A stretch of 63,979 nt of DNA, filler included, from Octopus bimaculoides (GCF_001194135.2; 6 parts of 6 records of this genome joined end to end with filler, not necessarily neighbours in it); one strand, 5' to 3'; counted from the whole stretch's first letter, positions 24,207 through 37,520 are shown. Notes: generated from the letters alone by a model not told the origin. A program made the numbers and translations.

Positions 24207-25139
24207 GATACCCATCTTTTTATACCAAGACAAAACAATGTACATGATAACACTTCCAATCAGTTAAGATTAGAAGCCATGAGAGCCACTCCCTGGTTAT
24301 TATCTATCACCATATTTTAAACAGCTGTATGGGAGTTTCTGATGCCCTGTGAGATAGATCTCTGTGTTTCTGAAGCATAGACAGACAGTATTGCCTTTTG
24401 GAACTACAGTAATTGGGGTGGCACAGATTTTGGCAAAAGGGGAGCACAAAAATGATATGTAGCTGAATGGGATACATATGAATATACAAGCCCTAATAAC
24501 CTCCAAAAAAGTACAGAAGAATTCTGGATTTTCATTCCATAATTAGTGTAGAATGAAAAGATACGACACTGGTAGAACAAGGCATGAAATCCTAACTGCT
24601 TACATATTTAACACAAGTGATTTGTGATTTTATGGCAGAAAACAACACTATTATCTTGAACAATTTAGACAGCACACTTAACCAAGACAACAACAACAGG
24701 ATCAATAAAATATTCACAGTCATGCATTCTGCTAAGCAAAGAAATGAATGGAAGCTTGAATTTAGTGATAGAAGAAGCCATTCCAGGCACAGCTCTGATC
24801 TCAAACTTAGCCATTTCAATGGGGTTGGTGAAATAAGCAAGCGGTAAAGTACAACAGTGGATCAAATCAATTCCAATCCTTTCCCCATTATTAGTGGCCT
24901 TGTGTCGATGCAAGAAGTGGTTGTTATTGTTGTTATTTATAGAGATGGAAACCAGCCAGGTAAACAAAGTGCAGGCTTCAATGCTTTACTAAATCTATTT
25001 TTGGTGGCCCTTTTGTCCTGAGTTTGAATCTAATTTCATCCCTACTGGGTTAATAAATTTAATACCAATAATAGGAATGCTTTGTTCGTTTGTACCCCAT
25101 GCAAAGAAATTCACACAAGAGCACAAGACCTTAACACCT

Positions 25140-25580
25140 ATTCAAACACCATCATCATCATCATTTCAGCAGTCATTATTGTCTTCATCAGCATCCCTAC
25201 TGCTTCCATCATCATCATCATCATCATTGATGCTACTGCTATCACCATCATCATCATCACCACCACCATTGATACTATTGCTATCATCATCATCATCATC
25301 ATCATCATCATTATCACCACCCTCATCATTGATGCAACTGCTATCATCATCATCATCACTATCACCATCACAGCTACCCATAATGCTCATCAGTGTCATC
25401 ACCATCATCACCAGCATCAATACTGTCATCACAGTCATCAGTAACATCATTGCCATCATCACCATCAGCCACATCAATATAATCACCATCACCATCACCA
25501 CCATCATCATCATCATCATAACCATTATTGCCACCACCACCACCATCATCATCATCTTCATCACCAATGCCTCATAATCC
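25140..25580. repeat. Compound (ATC/ACC)n low-complexity tract
   Basis: Direct inspection. Confidence 0.9.
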
Positions 25581-25959
25581 TCACTGTTGTCAACCTCTTC
25601 GTTATCATCATCGTTATTTTTTTTTGAGAAATCTTAATCAAATTGCATTGTGCTGGGGAAGGCAAAAAAAATGACACTTTTGGGTTTTCTTTTTTTTATC
25701 TCATTATTTTTTTTCCTTTTTCTTACGACAATAATACCCGTAATTAACTGAACGAGGGTCATACTGTGGTGTATAGCCTTATGTAAGCAGGACTGGAGTT
25801 GGAGAGAGCTAACAGACATTGTAACAATGTCATTGTAGTGGTGGTGGTGGTGTGAGGGAGAGGAGGGGGAGGAGGAGGACAGCAGCAGTAGCAGTAATTT
25901 CATATGAATTAATTTCCATTTCTGTGTATGAAATTACATACAATCTGTTCACTTGCTTT

Positions 25960-25975
25960 ATCATTCTCTCTCCCC

Positions 25976-26006
<31 letters not shown>

Positions 26007-26325
26007 TTGCTCTCTGTCTTTCTCCTGTTCTCTCTCTTCCTCACTCTTTTTCTTGCTCTCTCCTTATCTTGCTTTTTCTCTTGCTCTCTCTCTTTCTCTC
26101 GTTTTCTCTCTCTTTCTCATTCTCTCTCTTTATCCCTCTCTCACTTTCATTTGCTCTCTCTCTCTCACTTTCTCTCTTGCACTCACTTTCTCTTTCTCTC
26201 TTTCTCTCTCACTCTTGCTCTCTCTCTCCTTATTATTCTCTCACTCACTCTCACACACACTCTCTCTCTCTCTCTCCTTATCACTCTCTCACACACTCTC
26301 TCTCTCTCTCTCTCTCTCTCTCTTC
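25960..26325. repeat. Imperfect (CT)n polypyrimidine tract
   Basis: Direct inspection. Confidence 0.9.
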
Positions 26326-26559
26326 ACACCACCTAACTTCCTTCCTTCGCTGACTTTCAAACCCCATCGAGGCAGCCTTACCTCTACCAGGGTCCTACAA
26401 CTTGTTATCGTTAGCAGAGCAATCTCTTTCAGATCTCATTGTAACATTTTACATTTAAGACAGAACACTTTTGACAAAGTAATTCTAAATAACCTTAAAA
26501 CACACAACAACAACATGACTAGAACAAAGACGATTTCACAAACTTTACTGCAATATATA

Positions 26560-26771
26560 CAGGGTGTCCACAAAGTCTGGGTACATGGAGAAAATAAAAT
26601 CGTAACATAAAAAATTAGATATAAGAAATGATACTTTCTTAAAGTATGTGTTAATCCCCATATGGGTACATGGAGTAAATAAAATCATAACATAAACAAT
26701 TAAATATAAGAAATAATAATTTCTTAAAGTATGTGTTAATCCCCATGTACCCAGACTTTGTGGACACCCTG
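26560..26771. mobile_element. Tc1/mariner-type MITE, intact ends
   Basis: Perfect 29-bp terminal inverted repeats (TIRs) CAGGGTGTCCACAAAGTCTGGGTACATGG (26560-26588 / 26743-26771), TA on both flanks, internal ~85-bp tandem duplication. Confidence 0.9.
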
Positions 26772-26911
26772 TATATATACGCCAATTCAATTTACAATGA
26801 AAGTAAACAAAATTTGCTTTAGAAGCGTTGAGATGTATTGAAAGATACAGAAATAATTTATTCTTAAACGCATGATAATGCTAATACAACAGCATGAACA
26901 GTATAAACTAG

Positions 26912-27130
26912 CCATATATTGCAGAAAAATCGTTACTGGCCAGCCATGAAGACTCAAACTCAGATCCCTGTGATTACACATCAAGTGCTTTACCTTTAAG
27001 CTAAACTGCCCAGTAACAAATTGTTCTAACTATCCATATATTGTAGAAAAATTCGTTACCAGCCAGCCGTGAGACTCGAACCCAGATCCCTGTGATTATG
27101 GGTCAAGTGCTTTACCTTTTATATATGCCC
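26912..27130 (-). pseudogene. Two tandem tRNA-like pseudogenes (~122-bp period)
   Basis: Minus strand: GGGCAGTTTAGCTTAAAGGTAAAGC (D arm), CTTGA-loop-TCACA, GGGATC, GGGTTCGAGTCTCA (T arm). The anticodon loops differ between copies (CCCATAA vs TGTGTAA). Confidence 0.55.
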
Positions 27131-27145
27131 AAGTTTCTAATATCA

Positions 27146-27181
<36 letters not shown>

Positions 27182-27407
27182 CGTGTGTGTGTGTGTGTGT
27201 GTACGCGTGTGTGTGTACGCGTGTGTGTGTGTGTGTGTGTGTACGCGTGCGTGCGTGCATGCGTGTGTGAAATTTGCTTCCCAACTACATGCTTCTGAGT
27301 TCAATCCCACTGTGTGGCATCTTTGGCAAGTGTCTTCTTCTGTGGCCTCAGGCTGATCAAAGCATTGTGAGTGAATTTGGCAAATGGGCACTGAAAGAAT
27401 CCCATTA

Positions 27408-27740
27408 TCATCATCATCCTCATTTAACATCTGTTGTTCATGTTGGCATGAGTTTGAATGTTTGACCAGGGCTGGCATGCTGGAAGACTGCGCCAGGATC
27501 CAGTCTGATTTGGCATGTTTTCCTACAGCTGGATGCCCTTCCTAACACCAACAACTCTGAGAGTGTAGTGGGTGCTTTTACATGCCACTGGCACAGGTGC
27601 CAATTTGCGTGACACCAGTATCTGCCACGACTGCGTTTTGCTCGGCTTGATGGGTCTTCTCAAGCATGACATAATGCTAAAGGTCTTGGTCATTGCTTCC
27701 GTGAGGCCCAACACTTGAAAGGAACTCAGCCACTTATGCT
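27408..27740 (-). mobile_element. SINE-like family E nested in SINE B (27270-27400 and 27745-27985)
   Basis: B 5' half, then (CAT)n + E body, then B 3' half. Confidence 0.75.
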
Positions 27741-28029
27741 TGTGTGTGTGTGTGTGTGTGTTTGTCTGTACTCCCACCACTGCTCAACAACAGCTTTTGG
27801 TGTGCTAACATCCCCCGGACCTAGCAGTTCAGCAAAAGAGACTGATAGAATAAGTACCAAACTTTAACAAAAAAAAAAAAAGAAAGAAAGAAACACTAGG
27901 GTTGATTCATTCATACAAAATACTTCAAAGCATTGCCCCAGCATGGCCGTAGTCTAATGACTGAAGCAAGTAAAAGATAAATGACTTCAAGGAAATACAG
28001 TGGTATCTCTTTGAAGATACCACTCACAC

Positions 28030-28073
<44 letters not shown>

Positions 28074-28842
28074 GTTTTCTTTCTCTCTCGCCTTCGCACC
28101 ACCTAACTTCCTTCCTTTGCTGACTTTCAAACATACACACACACACACACAGCTACTTTCAGTTTCCCTCTACTGAATCTACTCACAAGGCTTTGGTTGG
28201 TCTGAGGCTATACCAAAAATCACCCCATGCTTCAGTCACAATCCAGACAACCGTGGTCACTACTACAGCAAAGCAACCAAGCATGCATCATCCACTGAAA
28301 TTATGGCCCATAAAAAAATCGCTGTGTGCTAAGCTACTTTGTTCATATCTCCTTTACTTGCTACATGGGAATCCTTCAGTACTTTGTAACACTTAACCCT
28401 AAGCCGTATAAAGATTATTTTGTGTGTCATATTTTTTATATTTTTCATTTCATTTAAGATAGCTTCCACTCTGAAATTCTCCATGCTATCATGGTTTTGA
28501 AAAGACCTACAGCATACTAACATTAGTAGTAGATGATAAAATGAAAGATTAATATTTTGGAGTATGAACATTCAATTAGATTAAATTAGATACTCAACAA
28601 GCACAAATTTAAGATGGAAAAAAATGTGCACAGTATGCATGCATGGATGGACGGATGGATGGATGGATCAAAAGAGAGATAGGTATGCGAGATATGTGTG
28701 CCGAAATGTGTGTGTACATTCATATATGTGTGTGTACATTCATATATATATATATATATATAAATTTGTTGTGATTAATAAAAATTCTAGTATCTTCCAT
28801 CTTCTGTCTTTCATTTACCATATATATATATATATATATGTA

Positions 28843-29238
28843 TACTCTTTTACTTGTTTCAGTCATTTGAGCGCAGCCATGCTGGAGCACCGCTATTAGT
28901 CAAAGAAATCGACCCCAGGACTTATTCTTTGTAAGCCTAGTACTTATTCTGTCGGTCTCGTTTGCCAAACCGCAAAGTGACAGGGACGTAAACACACCAG
29001 CATCGGTTGTCAAGCGATGTTGTGGGGGACAATCACAGACACACAAACACAAACACACACACACACACACATATACGATGGGCATCTTTCAGTTTCCGTC
29101 TACCAAATCCACTTACAAGGCTTTGGTCAGCCCGAAGCTATAGTAGAAGACACTAAAGGTGCCATGCAGTGGGACTGAACCCGGAACCATATGGTTGGTA
29201 AGCAAGCTACTTCCCACACAGCCACTCTTGCGCCTATG
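28843..29238 (-). mobile_element. SINE family B, full-length
   Basis: Complete reverse-complement match to the B head and tail. Confidence 0.9.
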
Positions 29239-29861
29239 TACATGCATATATAAATTATTTTCAACAAGTAGTATTCTGTATAATGCATTTTGAAAAACAC
29301 AGAACAATTGATCTTAATTAGATATACCTGTACAGTGGATATAGATATTCCATTACACTTCATACCCAGATATACCTTTACACACCAAAATATAGAACTG
29401 TATATTTTGTCTTATTAAATAAAAGACACTCCAGCTTCCATCTAACAAAATATTTACACTAGGAAACTTTTTCAAAAACTTGTGGATGTCATCTTTTGCG
29501 TGTAGTGGAAGGCTCATTTCCACAAATTACATATAATCTAAGAACCTAAATACCACTACACTATCAAAACACATAACTTCTCCCTAAATAAAGCATCAAA
29601 GACTTAAAGCTCTTTGAAGCCAACTTCCTAAAATGCGTAACCAACATTAAATTCTGCAAGAACATTAATCTTTCCCAACTTCTGCCTAAGAAGATTAAAA
29701 ACTGTAATGAAGCACAATTTTTCAGGCAAGGCTAAGAAGCCAGATGAAGTAGACAACAGCCTCCACACAGTAACTAATAAAAGACATAGCCCACATTTAC
29801 TGAAGAATTAGCTCACATACCTACATACATACATACATACATACATACATACATACATACA

Positions 29862-30203
29862 TGACGATGGCCATCCACTCGTGACCGAGGAAGACCATTG
29901 CCGACCTTCAGGAACATTGTGCGCTCTAGGACTAACTTATATTTTGCATTTGCGGCTCCGTTGGTGGCTAATGAGCCCTGCTCTTGGCAAGTATACATGA
30001 CTTCAATCATTGCAAACCAAGTTTTCCCCATTCACTACAACAGCAGTGCGCTTTCACGCAGCTCGCTTAAGTTCTTCATGCAGAATACTGCCCTCTCAAA
30101 AGTGTCGATCCCCTCATTAACCTGCTTCCTCCATCTGTGGCGATGACAGGCATTGTTCTCCCAGTCAGTCTCCTGCATATCCCAAGCCTTTAATGAGAAC
30201 TTG
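29862..30203 (-). mobile_element. RTE-clade LINE 3' fragment flanked by (CATA)n on both sides
   Basis: VKFSLKAWDMQETDWENNACHRHRWRKQVNEGIDTFE, then a degenerate C2H2-like C-terminus (LVCNDC...AGLISHQR after frameshift). Confidence 0.7.
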
Positions 30204-30238
30204 ACACATACATACATACATACATACATACATACATA

Positions 30239-30460
30239 GTTCAGGTTTATACCTGTAATTATTGGGGACCTGGGATACGTAATACACTGCCTAAATACCA
30301 ATCTTGAGAAATTAGGCTTCTGAAAACCAGAAAGGAGAAAGCTAATTCAGAGAATGCACTGGAACTGTAAAAGTCTGTAAAACTTTCCAGAAGTTTATCA
30401 TTTAAGTATATATATGAGCATGTCTAGATATGCAACTAAATGCATTAAAGTACATACATA
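30239..30460 (+). mobile_element. R4-like RLE LINE extreme 3' fragment following (CATA)n
   Basis: FRFIPVIIGDLGYVIHCLNTNLEKLGF...TGTVKVCKTFQKFII*. Same family as 52845-54257. Confidence 0.8.
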
Positions 30461-30503
<43 letters not shown>

Positions 30504-31623
30504 NNNNNNNNNNNNNNNNNNNNNNNNNNNNNNNNNNNNNNNNNNNNNNNNNNNNNNNNNNNNNNNNNNNNNNNNNNNNNNNNNNNNNNNNNNNNNNNNN
30601 NNNNNNNNNNNNNNNNNNNNNNNNNNNNNNNNNNNNNNNNNNNNNNNNNNNNNNNNNNNNNNNNNNNNNNNNNNNNNNNNNNNNNNNNNNNNNNNNNNNN
30701 NTTTTTTTTTTTTTTTTTTTTGGTATGATATGCTCACTTTTATGAAATTAAGTTAAAAAGAACAACTATTTTTACCAATATACATGACAAAACAAATAAA
30801 AACTAGGATTTTCTGTCAATTGTGCTGTAAAGAGAAATGAAGAAATTACAAAATTCCAAAGTAACAACAACAATATAAATACAGCCACTGATACTCATTT
30901 ATTTATTTATTTTCCTTCCTTTCTAAACAATCCAAAGAAATTCCGAAATAATATTCAGTCTTTCGGAATAGTACACAGATGCTTAGATTATCATGTAAGA
31001 TTTCTACAAACACAATGTGCATGTCAATTTTGTTGGAAGATTTTGTTTATTAATTTTTACTATATTTGTTTATTATTTTCCTTTTTATTTTTTCCGTGTA
31101 GTTATTTTGTATTCCTTGGGTTGAAAACATACAGTGGTGGTGGTGGTGGTAGGGAGGGAGGTAGGTAAAGAAGAAGAGATTCTGAATGTCTAGAAGAGAA
31201 AGACGTCAGCCTGCAAACAATGACATGCACTACAATGCCTTACTTGTCATTTGCAGGCAGCTACATAACTGCACATATTGAAAACTAAACAATGAAACAA
31301 AACGCCTGCACACAAACAGATATATATATATATACACAGGTGGGGTGAGGTGGGGGAGTTCAAAGAGAGCCAAGAACATCCCAATGCTTTGAAATACATT
31401 AAATTCCCTCTTATCAACGGAAGATCTTTACTAAAGATATGTACTTCTATATTTGAAGAAACTAACACACAATAAATTCTCTCTTATCTGGTACTCAACC
31501 TGAATTTCCAAGCAACCCTACCATCCACCAAAAAATATAAAAGAGCATGCTTCTTTTTATTTATCTTCTATTTTTAATTAGAGTCAGGAGAATTTGTGCT
31601 AAATTATGTTAATTGTTATTTAA

Positions 31624-32241
31624 CCCTTTGGCATTCAGATAACACTGTCAAATGTAATGTTTATTCATATTGTTTTGAATTAATTATGCATTATCTTGTA
31701 GCTTTGAGATTTCAATGATGTGATTGTTTATTTTTAGAATGACATTGTAGGATAAGTGTGAGAGGCCAGATTTGGTCAGTTTGTACATAAACAGGTTGTT
31801 GTTGTTGTTAGCACTCCGTTGGTTATGACGATGAGGGTTCCAGTTGATCCGATCAATGGAACAGCCTGCTCAAGAAATTAACGTGCAAGTGGCTGAGCAC
31901 TCCACAGACACATGTACCCTTAACGTAGTTCTCGGGGAGATTCAGCGTGAGAGAGTGTGACAAGGCTGACCCTTTGAAATACAGACACAACAGAAACAGG
32001 AAGTAAGAGTGAGAGAAAGTTGTGGTGAAAGAGTACAGCAGGGTTCGCCACCATCCCCTGCTGGAGCCTCATAGAACTTTAGGTGCTTTCGCTTAATAAA
32101 CACTCACAACGCCCGGTCTGGGAATCGAAACCGCAATCCTATGACCACGAGTCCGCTGCCCTAACCACTGGGCCATTTCGCCTCCACACATAAACAGGTA
32201 AAATATTTGGGCTGGATACAACTGGCCTAATTTCTAAAGGG
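31624..32241. mobile_element. piggyBac-type MITE with TTAA TSD
   Basis: TTAA|CCCTTT (31620-31629) ... AAAGGG|TTAA (32236-32245). Confidence 0.75.
31797..32187 (-). mobile_element. SINE family C nested in the piggyBac-type MITE, 12-bp TSD
   Basis: ACATAAACAGGT at 31785-31796 and 32188-32199. Confidence 0.9.
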
Positions 32242-33139
32242 TTAAAGACAGAAAGTTTCTATTTTATCTAAAATGGATCGTTGTTTCTCAAATTATAGGC
32301 TTTTATTTTACTGTATTTGTTGTACCTAATCTAATTACCTTTATTTAATTAAGAAGATCCACTATCAGCTACCTGTCTGGGACTATTAAAAGTAGGCACC
32401 TAGTTGCCTTTAACAGTAAACAGGAATTCTATCCAACTTTAAGCAAAAAAGACAGTTTTCTTATAAGGATGGTATTTACTGGACTGAATGGCTGTAGTGA
32501 CCACCTCTGTAACTGCCTGAGTACCTGCTCATGGTATTTGAGGATTGCAGCTATTTGCCAAGACTCAGGGGGTAGCTGCTGAAAAGGTGCTAATGCGACT
32601 CTCTTCTAGTGTAAAGTGAGCAGGAGAACAATTCACTTCTGCCCCATGTGTGAAGGTTTGTTGGGCTTCGTAAAGCATAATATACAACCTGGGTCAGGTC
32701 AGGTCAGACAGAGAGAGAGAGTATTTGTGTCTATGTTTATACAGGTCTAAAGTATGATCTTGTTGTTTATGTTGTGTCATTTTATGTCCAGTAACTTTAC
32801 TATTCAACAAAAAGTGATTGGTAAATACAAGTATACCAGTACTTAGGTCAATATCATCATCCAAAACCCTTAAACGCAGTGCTCCAGCATGGCCATGGTC
32901 TAATGACTGAATACAGGAAACAAGTTAAAAAAACACAACAAAATATGAAAGCAGTAACAGTGTTTCTTGCCAAGTTTTCTTTCTGTTGCACTGGGTGGCT
33001 AATATTGATTAATAGCAAGTTAGATATTTAGTTAAAAAAATAACGAGATGGTTTTAATGCCTTGTGAAGTAGATAATGGCACGAGATATAGAAAATGGAT
33101 AATCAAGAAGCGAACAAGTGTGATACATAAAAATCATCG

Positions 33140-33415
33140 CTGTCATCGTTTAACATCCACTTTCCATGCTGGCATGGGTTAGACAGTTTGACTGAGGAGT
33201 GGCAAGTCAGGAGGCTGTACCAGGCTCCAATCTGATCTGGCAGAGTTTCTACAGCTGGATGCCCTTCCTAATGCCAATCACTCTGAGAGTGTAGTGGATG
33301 CTTTTTACATGCCACCAGCACGAGGGCCAGTCATGGGGTACTGGCATTGGCCACGTTTGGATGGTGCTTTTTATGTGCCGCAGACACGGGAGCCAGTCAG
33401 GTGGCACTGGCAATT
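33140..33415 (-). mobile_element. SINE-like family E
   Basis: Homology to the other E copies. Confidence 0.75.
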
Positions 33416-33479
33416 ACTTTTATTTCCTTTTTAAACAATTAAAATGCAATTTATTGATGACATCACAATAAACACAATA

Positions 33480-34082
33480 AACGCTCCATCAGTTACTCTG
33501 ATGAGTGCTCCAGTTGATTCCATCAACAAAACAACCTGCTTGTGAAACTGGCATGCAAGTGGCTGAGCGCTCCACAGACACCTTAATGTAGTTCTCAAAG
33601 AAATTCAATGTGACACAGAATGTGACATGAATGACCCTTTGAATTACAGGTATAACTCATTTTTACCAGCTGAGTGGACTGGAGCATCATCATCATCATC
33701 ATCGATTAACATCTGCCTTCCATGGGTGGCATGGGTGGAATGGTTTGACAAGAGCTGGCTAGGCAGAAGCCTGCACCAGACTTCTGTGACTGTTTTGCCA
33801 GGATTTTTACAGCTGGATGCCCTTCCTAACACCAACCACGCAGCAAAGTGGACCTGGTACTTTTTATGTGGCACCTCCACTGACAGGGTCAGTTTTGGCA
33901 AGGATTTTAGATCTGGATGCCCTTCCGAACCCCAACCACTTTACAGTGTAGACTGGATGCTTTTAAGTGGCATCTGCACTGACAGGGTCACCAACTACTT
34001 TCAAGATAAAAAAAAAACTTTTTTTTAAATAAAGCATCTTGCTCAAGGATACATGCCCCCAGGAATTGAACCCACAACCTTA
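33480..34082 (-). mobile_element. Old D-head/C-body chimeric SINE split by a family E insertion (33690-33990)
   Basis: C body 33480-33650 and CORE 33660-33685. Resumes at ~34025 with AAATAAAGCATCTTGCTCAAGG. Confidence 0.6.
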
Positions 34083-34775
34083 CACACACACACACATGTT
34101 TACATTGTTAGGTAAGGTTTTTTAAAAAACCAGTGATACAATAACGGTGCAGACAAGTTCACTTCTGAACCGCGTGGCTTCAAGTTCTATTCCGCTGTGA
34201 CCTTAGGGGTATGATACCTACCATGAAGATGAGATAATTGCTAATGAAACACCTTTAAGGATAGGTCTGCTTAATCAGGGCTGATTTGGAGATCAACAGC
34301 AGCGAAATCTTCAGCATGGTAGTATTTGATCTCAGATCAATGAAGTTCCAGAATTACTTTATGATAAAAGCATTTTATGAAGCATCCAGCTGTGTGGTGG
34401 CAGGTGGTAAAGCTTCTTATTGATGTAACCTATTCAGCTTAAACTTAGATCAGAGCAAGTCTCTACTCAGTGTTTCAACCTGCTACAAACAGCAGAAATA
34501 GTCTGGTATACTTATAGTTACAAAATTGCTTTTTGTTGAATGGTGAAGTTACCAGAAATTAAAATGGAACAACATAAACAACAAAATCATACTTGATACC
34601 AGTGTAATCATAAATACAGACAAATGCTCTCGATCCAGGTTGTATGTGACACTTTACCAAACCCAACAAACCTTCGCACATGGGACAGACGAAAAATAAG
34701 TAGGTTCACTTATACACCAAGATGACTTTAGGGGACCAAAAGTTTCATATGAAATGCAGCATGAGTACAAGAAAC

Positions 34776-35077
34776 AGTTGTTAGCACTCTGTCACTTACA
34801 ACGTCGAGGGTTCCAGTTGATCCGATCAACGGAACAGCCTGCTCGTCAAATTAACGTGCAAGTGGCTGAGCACTCCACAGACACGTGTACCCTTAACGTA
34901 GTTCTCGGGGATATTCAGCGTGACACAGTGTGACAAGGCTGACCCTTTGAAATACAGGTACAACAGAAACAGGAAGTAAGAGTAAGAGAAAGTTGTGGTG
35001 AAAGAGTACAGCAGGGTTCGCCACCATCCCCTGCCGGAGCCTCATGGAGCTTTAGGTGTTTTCACTCAATAAACACT
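34776..35077 (-). mobile_element. SINE family C (head lost in gap)
   Basis: Near-identical to the other C copies. Confidence 0.85.
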
Positions 35078-35967
35078 NNNNNNNNNNNNNNNNNNNNNNN
35101 NNNNNNNNNNNNNNNNNNNNNNNNNNNNNNNNNNNNNNNNNNNNNNNNNNNNNNNNNNNNNNNNNNNNNNNNNNNNNNNNNNNNNNNNNNNNNNNNNNNN
35201 NNNNNNNNNNNNNNNNNNNNNNNNNNNNNNNNNNNNNNNNNNNNNNNNNNNNNNNNNNNNNNNNNNNNNNNNNNNNNNNNNNNNNNNNNNNNNNNNNNNN
35301 NNNNNNNNNNNNNNNNNNNNNNNNNNNNNNNNNNNNNNNNNNNNNNNNNNNNNNNNNNNNNNNNNNNNNNNNNNNNNNNNNNNNNNNNNNNNNNNNNNNN
35401 NNNNNNNNNNNNNNNNNNNNNNNNNNNNNNNNNNNNNNNNNNNNNNNNNNNNNNNNNNNNNNNNNNNNNNNNNNNNNNNNNNNNNNNNNNNNNNNNNNNN
35501 NNNNNNNNNNNNNNNNNNNNNNNNNNNNNNNNNNNNNNNNNNNNNNNNNNNNNNNNNNNNNNNNNNNNNNNNNNNNNNNNNNNNNNNNNNNNNNNNNNNN
35601 NNNNNNNNNNNNNNNNNNNNNNNNNNNNNNNNNNNNNNNNNNNNNNNNNNNNNNNNNNNNNNNNNNNNNNNNNNNNNNNNNNNNNNNNNNNNNNNNNNNN
35701 NNNNNNNNNNNNNNNNNNNNNNNNNNNNNNNNNNNNNNNNNNNNNNNNNNNNNNNNNNNNNNNNNNNNNNNNNNNNNNNNNNNNNNNNNNNNNNNNNNNN
35801 NNNNNNNNNNNNNNNNNNNNNNNNNNNNNNNNNNNNNNNNNNNNNNNNNNNNNNNNNNNNNNNNNNNNNNNNNNNNNNNNNNNNNNNNNNNNNNNNNNNN
35901 NNNNNNNNNNNNNNNNNNNNNNNNNNNNNNNNNNNNNNNNNNNNNNNNNNNNNNNNNNNNNNNNNNN

Positions 35968-36024
<57 letters not shown>

Positions 36025-36773
36025 CATACATGTATGTATGTGTATGTATATAGATAGACAGATGTATGCGTATGTGTGTATACATCATAAATGACATATA
36101 TTTGGAAAGCAATGGCATTAATTGTCCAGAATATATTTTTATCGTTTAATCAATAAACAAGCCTTCGATCTTTTTTTGTCACTAGTGATTTTTTGACCTT
36201 GTCTTCAGAGTGACTTGTACTTTTACCTATGAACAGGTAGTCTTGTGTATAAATGATGCATTGTGGACAGGGTGAACTTCCAGTTGAGAATTTGTTCATG
36301 GCATTGCTGTGGATCCTGATCAGCTCACATCATTGTCCAGTGTTTTAAAAGCCAGGTTTTTTCCTCATTAACAGGGGTAGCTGGATCTGCCTCAATGCCA
36401 CAGCAACCGAGGTAGACAGGTGCAGCCCACTCCAACCTTTGGGCTGGCAAGTACCCATTCTCCTTTGCTATCATGAGGCTTCTTTGGAGCTGGATTTTCT
36501 ACGGGGAGCATGCCCTTGTTTACCCTCAACCTCAGTTTCTAGACATGAGTGGTCCCGAGACCAAGGCCTCTACCACAATTTTTGAGGAATGTGGTGGAAA
36601 ACTAGCTCAGGAAGGCAAATTATTATTATTATGTATTTATTTCATCAGAGTTTTTTTTTTTAATCTTTTTACCTGTGTGACAAGAAGCTTTCTTCCCAAC
36701 CATATGGTTCCAGGTTCAGTCCCACTGTAAGGCACCTCAGGTTGATCAAAGCCTTGAGTGGATTTAGTAGACA

Positions 36774-36818
<45 letters not shown>

Positions 36819-36933
36819 CTGTGTCCTCCCCATCGCTGTTTGACAACTGGTGATGGTGTGTCTACATCACTGTAACTTAGCAGTTCAGCAAAAAAGCCTG
36901 ATAGAATAAGTACTATGCTTAAAAATATATATA

Positions 36934-37339
36934 CAAGGATGAGTCAAAAAGTAATTTTGTTTAGGACAGGTATAATTACCAACACACGACAAGCACGTAT
37001 CATACATCAAATTGAAACTGGTCCTCTGTGGATCACATCCCTACTTCTCAACATAATCACCAGTTCTTTCAATAGCAATGTTCCACCTTCGAATGAGAGC
37101 ATGTATCCCTGCCCCGTAAAATTCTGTTGACTGTTCTTTGAGCCACTTCTTCACTACAGTTTTCACTTCCTCGTCATTGGAATAATGTTTGCTCCTCAAA
37201 CCCTCTTTCATGGGGCCGAAGAGATGATAGTCCAGTGACAAAGAAGTGAAACTGCACTGAAGAAGTGGCTCAAAGAACAGTCAACAGAATTTTACGGGGC
37301 AGGGATACATGCTCTCATTCGAAGGTGGAACATTGCTAT
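36934..37339 (-). mobile_element. Mariner transposon 3' remnant with internal foldback inversion
   Basis: TA|CAAGGATGAGTCAAAAAG TIR-like end. [64 protein letters not shown] is a mariner transposase C-terminus. 82-bp perfect inverted copy. Confidence 0.85.
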
Positions 37340-37520
37340 GAATGGATGGATGGATGGACGGATGGACGGACGGACAGACAAATGGATGGATGAACAGATG
37401 GATGGATGAACAGATGGATGGACAGACAGACAAATGGATGGATGAATGGATGGATGGATGGATGGATGGACAGACGGACGAATAGTTGGATGAATGGATG
37501 GACAAATGGTTAGATGGATG

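Noticed and set aside
24617-24847. 76-aa ORF in non-repeat sequence
   Set aside because: No recognisable motif or convincing splice signals.
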